This document shows positions 38,196 to 44,463 of a stretch of DNA of 44,463 nt, piece by piece (positions within the stretch are counted from its first letter, which is position 1; each line of letters opens with the position of its first letter). The stretch spans positions 19,315 through 63,777 of the forward strand of contig CAZHDI010000006.1 in NCBI GenBank assembly GCA_964531285.1. The letters are read 5' to 3'. Source of the stretch: an uncultured Alphaproteobacteria bacterium. Its GTDB lineage: Bacteria > Pseudomonadota > Alphaproteobacteria > JAJFIK01. Below the pieces are notes generated by a model. That model made no database searches. It was not told the DNA's origin and worked only from the letters and a program-made list of their open reading frames with translations. Both the position numbers and the translations under genes were made by a program.

Positions 38196-39449
38196 ATGGC
38201 GCAAGAATCCGGCTCAGGGCCGAAACGCAAACATGCGCTGACCTTCATTTTCATAACCGTGCTCATCGATGTGACCGGCTTCGGGCTGATCATTCCGGTT
38301 CTGCCGGAACTGATCATGGCGTTGTCGGGCGAGGATCTGGGCGGCGCGGCAACCTATGCCGGCCTGCTGCTGTTCGTGTATGCGCTGATGCAGTTTCTGT
38401 TCTCTCCGGTAATCGGCAATCTGTCGGACCGGTTCGGCCGGCGTCCGGTCCTGCTCATCTCGCTCGGCATGCTGGCGATCGACTATCTGATCATGGGCTT
38501 TGCCGCGACCATCACCTGGCTCTTTATCGGCCGGCTGCTCTCCGGCATTGCGGGCGCGACCTACAGCACGGCGGGCGCCTATATCGCCGATGTCTCCACA
38601 CCCGAAGACAAGGCCCAGAATTTCGGCATCCTCGGCGCCGCGTTCGGGGTCGGCTTCGTGCTCGGTCCGGCCATCGGCGGGCTCTTGGGCGAAATCGATC
38701 CGCGGGCGCCATTCTTCGCCGCCGCCGGGCTGGCCATGCTGAACGTGCTTTACGGCCTGTTCGTCCTGCCCGAATCGCTGGCCAAGGAGCATCGCCGGCC
38801 GCTGGACTGGCGGCGCGCCAATGCCATCGGTACGCTGACGCAATTACGCAACTATCCGGTCGTGTTCGCGCTGGCGGGCGTCTATTTCCTTTATCACCTC
38901 GCGCACCAAGTCTATCCGTCGTCCTGGTCCTACTACACGATGGAGAAATTCGCCTGGAGCACCGGCGATGTGGGCATCTCGCTGGCCTTTGTCGGCGCCT
39001 GCTCGTTCATCGTGCAGTATTGGCTGATCAAGAAGATCATGCCGCGCCTGGGGCCGCCGCGCGCCGCCCTGTTCGGGCTCATGGGCGTGGCCCTTGCCTA
39101 TTTTGGCTACGGCGTCGCGACGCAGGGGTGGATGGTCTATCCCATCATCGCCATGGGCGCGCTGGCGAGCATCGCCGGTCCGGCCCTGTCGGGCCTGATG
39201 TCGAACGCGATCCCCGAAAACGCCCAAGGCGAATTACAGGGCGGCCTGTCGAGCCTGATGAGCCTGACCGCCATCCTGTCGCCGCTGATGCTTACCCAAT
39301 TATTCGCCTATTTCACCGGACCCGACACGCCGGTCTATTTCCCCGGCGTGCCCTTTATCGTCGCGAGCCTCCTGACCCTGATCGCCCTCGGCGCCTACCG
39401 CTTCGCCATGCGCAATGGATCGGGACAGGCGGTCAGCATGTCCCGGTGA
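38196..39449 (+). CDS. MFS transporter, TCR/Tet (DHA1) family
   Basis: GNLSDRFGRRPVL motif A, GRLLSGI, AYIADVS, LGPAIGG, LPES, QGELQG; about 12 TM segments. Confidence 0.92.
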   Translation: MAQESGSGPKRKHALTFIFITVLIDVTGFGLIIPVLPELIMALSGEDLGGAATYAGLLLFVYALMQFLFSPVIGNLSDRFGRRPVLLISLGMLAIDYLIMGFAATITWLFIGRLLSGIAGATYSTAGAYIADVSTPEDKAQNFGILGAAFGVGFVLGPAIGGLLGEIDPRAPFFAAAGLAMLNVLYGLFVLPESLAKEHRRPLDWRRANAIGTLTQLRNYPVVFALAGVYFLYHLAHQVYPSSWSYYTMEKFAWSTGDVGISLAFVGACSFIVQYWLIKKIMPRLGPPRAALFGLMGVALAYFGYGVATQGWMVYPIIAMGALASIAGPALSGLMSNAIPENAQGELQGGLSSLMSLTAILSPLMLTQLFAYFTGPDTPVYFPGVPFIVASLLTLIALGAYRFAMRNGSGQAVSMSR

Positions 39450-39507
39450 TTCAGGGTCTTTACCTAAGCGCCACTGCATCTCGCACACAGCTTTGAAGAG
39501 TTTTCTG

Positions 39508-39536
39508 TTGATTTTTTGCCCAAAACCATCCATATA
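39508..39536 (+). promoter_or_regulatory. Putative sigma70 promoter for the RNA/DUF3800 unit
   Basis: TTGATT-N17-CATATA in an AT-rich patch; implies a start near 39543. Confidence 0.5.
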
Positions 39537-39542
39537 TATGAC

Positions 39543-39605
39543 GCGGTTGAGAGGGCTGCATTTGCGGTCCGTTGAAGCATTGTCTTCACTCGGCTGCATT
39601 TCTTT
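39543..39605 (+). ncRNA. Candidate structured RNA (three-way junction) upstream of the DUF3800 gene
   Basis: Hand fold: P1 39543-51/39589-97, P2 39553-59/39564-70, P3 39573-77/39584-88, then AUUUCUUU. Confidence 0.5.
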
Positions 39606-39625
39606 AGGCTCCAACACATCTTCAA

Positions 39626-40396
39626 ATGCATATTCTGTACGTTGATGACTCAGGGTCGGTCGGCAACGCCGACGAGCGCTTCTTCGTGCTGGGTGGCTTG
39701 TCAGTTTTTGAACGCGGCATCTACCATCTTATCGAAGAGACAGATGCGTGCGTCCGAGATATGAATTTGGGCGATCCCGAAGACATCGAACTCCATGCCA
39801 CCGACATGTATGGGGGCCGAAAATTCCCATGGAAAGACATTCGGTCCCGGCCCCAGCGGGAAGAGCTTATTCATACGGTCCTTGATCTTGTGAGCCGAAG
39901 GCACTCATCCTTCCGTCTCTTTGCCGTCGCGATCGATAAAGCCGCCATCAGTCCGGCCGATCCGGTCGAAACCGCATTCGAACAGATATGCAACCGATTC
40001 AACAAATTCATTGAACGGAACAATGATCGAAACGGTCATAAGCAACGTGGTTTGATCATTATGGACGAGAGCAGGGACGCTCTACCGCTTCAGGCCCTGG
40101 CAAGAAGTTTTCGCATCAATGGTGGGCGGTGGGGCCATTTTCGATGCCTCGCCGAGGTCCCCCTGTTTATCAACTCGAAATCGTCCCGCCTCGCCCAACT
40201 GGCCGATATGATCGCATGGAGTACATACCGCTACTACGAACATAAGGACGGCCGGTTCTTCGAGAAACTCATCCCCCATTTTGACGCGGATGGCGGCGTC
40301 ATCCATGGTCTCTATCATGCCAAAGGCAGCAGGACCGAGCAGTGCTATTGTCCCGCCTGTGTTTCCCGCGACCTGCGCGACGCACGTGCTCCGTAG
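39626..40396 (+). CDS. DUF3800 domain protein (RNase H-like fold inferred)
   Basis: LYVDDSG, ELHA, IIMDE, SRLAQLADMIA signature; C-terminal CYCPAC; more AT-rich codons than neighbours. Confidence 0.85.
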   Translation: MHILYVDDSGSVGNADERFFVLGGLSVFERGIYHLIEETDACVRDMNLGDPEDIELHATDMYGGRKFPWKDIRSRPQREELIHTVLDLVSRRHSSFRLFAVAIDKAAISPADPVETAFEQICNRFNKFIERNNDRNGHKQRGLIIMDESRDALPLQALARSFRINGGRWGHFRCLAEVPLFINSKSSRLAQLADMIAWSTYRYYEHKDGRFFEKLIPHFDADGGVIHGLYHAKGSRTEQCYCPACVSRDLRDARAP

Positions 40397-40420
40397 TGCG
40401 CAACGGATCGGGAAACTCTG

Positions 40421-41152
40421 TCAGGTCCCATCCGTCGCATGCGGAATAACCCCCTTGAAGGCTTTCGTGATCGCGCTCGCGGACGCCTTGAACAGCGGCT
40501 GGACATAGTCCGACGCCTCGTCGATCGCGGCCTTGGTGAGCTTCTTGCCCGCCTCGCCGATGAGCCGCGCGGCCACATGACCGAGGGCGCTCGTCACCAT
40601 GGCCTGGAACGACTCGTCCGGCGCGCCGGCCTCGATCAGCGCCTTGCGCACCTTGTCCTGATCGGCCTTGGGCATCACCGCTTCGGCGAGCGCACCGACG
40701 GCCGGCAGGGTCAGGCGCACGATCGAGGCGCTGAACGAGCCGTCCGTGATATGGCCCAGGCTCCGCACCCGCTCGCGCAAGTGATCCTGTAACAGCGGAT
40801 CCTCCACATCGAGGACAAAATAGTCCGTGTCTTTATGAAACCGCGCCTCGATCAGCCGCTTATGGATCGCCTTGTCGAGATGCTCCGATCCCGCCTCGGC
40901 CTTGCGCACTTCCAGGTCATAAAGAAGCGCCCGCGCCTTGGGCCGGGTCACCCGCAGATCGCGCATGATCTGATAAATCGACGTATCCTTCGACACGATC
41001 TCCAGATCGAGCAGGATCTTAAACATCAGAAGATCGATCTCGCGCTTCGGCAACGCCCCGAAGGCCGGACGCGCATAGGCCAGAAGCAGCGTCTCCAGCG
41101 CCTGCTTGGCCGTTTCGGCCTTCAACCCGCGCAGCTTGGATTCGATCGTCAC
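40421..41152 (-). CDS. Hypothetical protein with a possible N-terminal HTH
   Basis: GTG start behind a strong GGAGGAGGAG RBS; PAFGALPKREIDL...IYQIMRDLRVTRPKARALLY. Confidence 0.75.
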   Translation of the reverse strand: MTIESKLRGLKAETAKQALETLLLAYARPAFGALPKREIDLLMFKILLDLEIVSKDTSIYQIMRDLRVTRPKARALLYDLEVRKAEAGSEHLDKAIHKRLIEARFHKDTDYFVLDVEDPLLQDHLRERVRSLGHITDGSFSASIVRLTLPAVGALAEAVMPKADQDKVRKALIEAGAPDESFQAMVTSALGHVAARLIGEAGKKLTKAAIDEASDYVQPLFKASASAITKAFKGVIPHATDGT

Positions 41153-41238
41153 AGCGCTCCTCCTCCCTCAGCGTGCCGATAGCCCGGCACAGACAGGTGC
41201 CGGTTGTAGCATTCGGACCGGCTTTTTGCGCCCCGCCC

Positions 41239-41265
41239 TGTCACACTTTCGCGCCGTCCATCGTC
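41239..41265 (+). promoter_or_regulatory. ECF41 sigma-dependent promoter
   Basis: Exact TGTCACA-N16-CGTC, the established ECF41 consensus, in front of an operon that encodes an ECF41 sigma. Confidence 0.88.
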
Positions 41266-41301
41266 TTGTTTCATGAGGCCAGGACATCAGAGGGGAGATT
41301 T

Positions 41302-41724
41302 ATGACCGATCGCCGCGAAACCGCCGCCCGCCGGCCCGTGCTCGCCATCACGCTCGGCCTGTTCGCCGCTCTCGGCGCCGCCAACGGCGCCGCCATGCTC
41401 GCCGCGCCCGAGCGCTGGTTCTGGGCCATTCCCGGTGTCGCCAATACCGGGCCGGTCAATCTGCATTTCATCAAGGATGTCGGCATGACCTATGCGCTGA
41501 TGGGTGTCCTGTTGATGATCGGTGCCATCCTGCCGGCCCATCGCGCCGTCCTGGTGAGCATCGTGACGGCGTGGTACGCGGCCCATGCCCTCCTTCATGT
41601 CTATGACATCTCCACCGGCTGCCTGCCGCCGGAGAACTGGCTCACCGATCTGCCCGGCGTCTTTGTCGCGGCCCTGCTGCTCATGGGCCTGACCGCTTGG
41701 GCCATCCTGACACGGAGGACCTGA
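41302..41724 (+). CDS. Hypothetical membrane protein (about 4 TM)
   Basis: GGGGAG RBS, ATG at 41302; hydrophobic segments; GPVNLHFIKDVG and HALLHV. Confidence 0.75.
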   Translation: MTDRRETAARRPVLAITLGLFAALGAANGAAMLAAPERWFWAIPGVANTGPVNLHFIKDVGMTYALMGVLLMIGAILPAHRAVLVSIVTAWYAAHALLHVYDISTGCLPPENWLTDLPGVFVAALLLMGLTAWAILTRRT

Positions 41725-41727
41725 CCA

Positions 41728-42240
41728 ATGGGCTGGCTGAACCGGCGCATCATCGATCTGGGCGAACGCCTCACGGGCGAAAACATGGACTGGCTGCGCG
41801 ACATCGAAGCGGCCACTCCGCGAGGCTTCCGGCGCTTCCTGCGGTTCCGGGATCTGGCCAATCACCGGCATCACGCCAGCCGGGAGGCCATTGCCGTGGC
41901 GCGCCTTGCCGCCACGCGCTTTGAAGACTGCGGCCCGTGTCTTCAGACTACGGTCAATATCGCGCTCCAAAACAAAGTCGCGCCGGATCTGATCCGAACC
42001 GCGCTGGACCGCCCGGCGGATCTGCCCGCGCCCCTCGATCTGGTCTACCGCTTTGGGCGGGCGGTGGCCGCCAACGATCCGGACCTGCCCGATCTGGTCA
42101 CGGCCACCGAACAGGCCCTGGGGCGCAAGGCGCTGGTGGATCTGGTCCTCGCCGCCGCGGCGGTCCGGGTCTTCCCCACGATCAAGCGGGGCCTGGGCCA
42201 TGCCATGAGCTGCTCCCTGGTCGAGGTCCGCGTGCCGTGA
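41728..42240 (+). CDS. AhpD/carboxymuconolactone decarboxylase-like protein
   Basis: EDCGPC (CxxC) in a helical protein; this class is the typical ECF41 partner. Confidence 0.65.
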   Translation: MGWLNRRIIDLGERLTGENMDWLRDIEAATPRGFRRFLRFRDLANHRHHASREAIAVARLAATRFEDCGPCLQTTVNIALQNKVAPDLIRTALDRPADLPAPLDLVYRFGRAVAANDPDLPDLVTATEQALGRKALVDLVLAAAAVRVFPTIKRGLGHAMSCSLVEVRVP

Positions 42241-43160
42241 GCCCGGAGATTTTCGAGAGCCACCGGCGCTTCCTGCTGGGCCTGGCGTATCGCATGCTGG
42301 GCTCGCTCCCCGATGCCGAGGATGCGGTGCAGGACACCTGGCTGCGGGCATCGGCGGGCGGTGCGCGGCCCCCGGACAATGCCAAAGCATATCTCGCGGC
42401 GGTCCTGTCGCGCCTGTGCATCGATCGCCTGCGCCAGATCAAGCGGCGCCGCGCGGCCTATATCGGCCCCTGGCTGCCCGATCCGGTCCCGGACGATGTG
42501 ATGGATCCCGCCATTCCGGGCCAGGACCTCTACGATAGCCTGGCCACGGGGCTTCTTCTGGTGCTCGAACGGCTCGGCCCGGTCGAACGGGCCGCACTGC
42601 TGCTCCATGATCTTTTTGGCTATTCCCATCAGGAAACGGCGGATCTGCTGGGCCGCACGCCGACGGCGATCCGCCAGTCCGTTGCCCGCGCCCGCACCCG
42701 CCTGCAAGGCACCGAAACCCGCTTCACCGTCGACCGCGAGACGCGCGACCGGGTCACGGCCACATTCTTTACGGCCCTTCAGGCCGGGGATGTGGCGGGC
42801 CTCGAGCGGCTGCTGACCGCCGATGCGGCCTGTCATTCCGATGGCGGCGGCGAGGCGTTGGCCGCCCGCAATGTCGTCTACGGCGCCAATGCCGTGGCCC
42901 GCCTGCTGACCGGTCTGGCGCGCAAACAGCCGCCGGACCGCGCGACCGGGATCGGCATGGCGAACGGGACGCTCTGTGTGCGGATCTCACAGGCCGGCCG
43001 TCTGACCTCGTTATGGTGGTTGGAGACCGCACCAGACGGGCGCGTGGCCCAGGTGTTCGGCACGGTCCACCCGGCCAAGCTGGCCCGCTATGCCGGGCTG
43101 GCCGCCTCCGAAGCACCAACGCCTGAGGGTTTATTGATCGCCCCCGCGCGCCTCGGCTAG
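42237..43160 (+). CDS. ECF41-group (SigJ-like) sigma factor with SnoaL-like C-terminal extension
   Basis: AYRMLGS..DAEDAVQD, YIGPWLPDP (WLPEP-like), SDGGG, HPAKL (NPDKL-like); GTGA overlap with the upstream gene. Confidence 0.92.
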   Translation: MSPEIFESHRRFLLGLAYRMLGSLPDAEDAVQDTWLRASAGGARPPDNAKAYLAAVLSRLCIDRLRQIKRRRAAYIGPWLPDPVPDDVMDPAIPGQDLYDSLATGLLLVLERLGPVERAALLLHDLFGYSHQETADLLGRTPTAIRQSVARARTRLQGTETRFTVDRETRDRVTATFFTALQAGDVAGLERLLTADAACHSDGGGEALAARNVVYGANAVARLLTGLARKQPPDRATGIGMANGTLCVRISQAGRLTSLWWLETAPDGRVAQVFGTVHPAKLARYAGLAASEAPTPEGLLIAPARLG

Positions 43161-43202
43161 GCTTGCGGTCGATCCATCACTGACGCCCGAGGCTTTGTTG
43201 CC

Positions 43203-43919
43203 ATGACGACCCCATCCGCCGGCGGCCCTGTCACCATCGAGTATTATTCCGATGTCTTATGCGTCTGGGCCTATGCCGGGCACCGGCGCGTGGAGGAACT
43301 CGCCGCGACCTTCGCCGGACAGGTCCGCATCCGCCCGCGCTTTTGTTCGGTGTTTTCCGATGCCTGGACCAAGATCGAGGGACGCTGGGGGCCGGACGAT
43401 CCGTTCGATGCCTTTGCGGCTCATGTGCAGGAGGCCGGCGCGCGCTTCGATCATATTGCACTGCACGCTGATCTTTGGCGCCGCGTGAGGCCGCGCTCCT
43501 CCGCCGGGGCGCATCTGTTCCTCAAGGCGATCGACCTCTGGGAGCGCCGCGCCAATGGCGCCGCCACGGATGCCACGGCCTTCACCGACCGGCTCTTGAC
43601 GCGCGCCGATTGGACCCTGCGCAACGCCTTTTTTGCCGACGGTCTCGATATCGGCGATGCCCGGGTGCACCGGGCCGTGGCCCGAAACATCGGCCTCGAT
43701 TACGACGCCCTGTGCGCGCCCGACCGCCTGCATGACGCCGCGGCGGCCCTGGTGCAGGATCTCGACGCGGCTCAGGCGGCGGGTGTGAAAGGCAGCCCGA
43801 CCTTCATCATGAATGGCGGGCGTCAGGTCCTGTTCGGCAATGTCGGCTACCGGCTCTTGGAAGCCAATGTCCAGGAATGGCTGCGCGCGCCGGGTCCCGA
43901 CGACGCGAGTTGGTGCTGA
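43203..43919 (+). CDS. DsbA/FrnE-like thioredoxin-fold oxidoreductase
   Basis: YYSDVLCVWAY, GVKGSPTF, GNVGY, C-terminal ASWC. Confidence 0.85.
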   Translation: MTTPSAGGPVTIEYYSDVLCVWAYAGHRRVEELAATFAGQVRIRPRFCSVFSDAWTKIEGRWGPDDPFDAFAAHVQEAGARFDHIALHADLWRRVRPRSSAGAHLFLKAIDLWERRANGAATDATAFTDRLLTRADWTLRNAFFADGLDIGDARVHRAVARNIGLDYDALCAPDRLHDAAAALVQDLDAAQAAGVKGSPTFIMNGGRQVLFGNVGYRLLEANVQEWLRAPGPDDASWC

Positions 43920-44011
43920 GCCGATTGGCGTGACAGGACTGCCGATTGCCCCGCCCGCCCGGTCTTGCGATGGTAAGCCTGGGTGACGACTGGGCAAAGG
44001 GCACACAGATC

Positions 44012-44463
44012 ATGACGGATGAGGGGTTGGGCGGCGGCGCAAGCCAGCCGGGACGGCCGGGAACCGGGCGGCTGAGCGGGTTCCGGCAATGGGAAGGCGG
44101 GATCGACCCGTTCGAGGACCATACCGGGCCGTTCTACTTCCGCGAGATTGACGACACGCGCTATGTGTGCGCGTTCGAGGTGGCCCGCCAGCATTTGAAC
44201 GGCCATGGCGCCATCCATGGCGGTTGCCTGATGAGCTTCGCCGATTACGCCCTTTTCGTGTTCGCCCGCCCGGCCATGATCGGCCAGTCCGGTGTCACGG
44301 TCTCGTTCAGTTCCGAGTTTCTCGCACCCGCCTTCGAGGGCGACCTGGTGCTCGGTCATGGCGAGATCGTGCGCGAGACCGGCAGCATGGTGTTTCTCCG
44401 CGGTCTGATCAGCGCCGACCGTGGCGGTCATGCGGAGTTGATCTCGCTGCTGAGCTTTTCGGG
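44012..44463 (+). CDS. PaaI family thioesterase, runs off the window end (absent from the ORF track)
   Basis: Manual translation from ATG 44012: DPFEDHTGPFY...HLNGHGAIHGGCLMSFADY. Confidence 0.88.
   Translation, partial: MTDEGLGGGASQPGRPGTGRLSGFRQWEGGIDPFEDHTGPFYFREIDDTRYVCAFEVARQHLNGHGAIHGGCLMSFADYALFVFARPAMIGQSGVTVSFSSEFLAPAFEGDLVLGHGEIVRETGSMVFLRGLISADRGGHAELISLLSFS

Noticed and set aside
38196-39449. Acquired tetracycline resistance gene (tetA)
   Set aside because: Family-level similarity only; no tetR or mobile context and host-like GC, so the substrate cannot be assigned.

Overview
High-GC chromosomal window from an alphaproteobacterium. The lineage is inferred from the nadE-gltX-cysS order, class II DAHP synthase next to gor and rpiA, TonB-dependent receptors and an ECF41 sigma factor. 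Most of the window is housekeeping or metabolic: LOG, rarD, cysS, gltX, nadE, a GnnA/GnnB-like sugar pair, gor, rpiA, glmU, gph, tRNA-Val(CAC), sodC, a UDG-family gene, acyl-CoA dehydrogenase and an MFS transporter. It also holds two TonB-dependent receptors, the 3' part of an RTX/cadherin-like adhesin and a complete ECF41 operon with its consensus promoter. I found no integrase, transposase, CRISPR array or rRNA. The best leads are: (1) a lower-GC islet where a promoter-like element and a compact, hand-foldable three-way-junction RNA sit directly upstream of a DUF3800 (RNase H-like) gene, facing an uncharacterised convergent gene; (2) a RusA-like nuclease plus a degenerate REase/HEPN-like gene coupled into the glmU-rpiA operon; (3) an orphan acidic protein with 13-aa Gly/Thr/Tyr/Gln repeats and a possible type I secretion tail; (4) a DAHP synthase interrupted by one in-frame TAA; (5) a small secreted protein made of two TolC-like motifs. 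All calls come from motif recognition by eye; no database searches were run.
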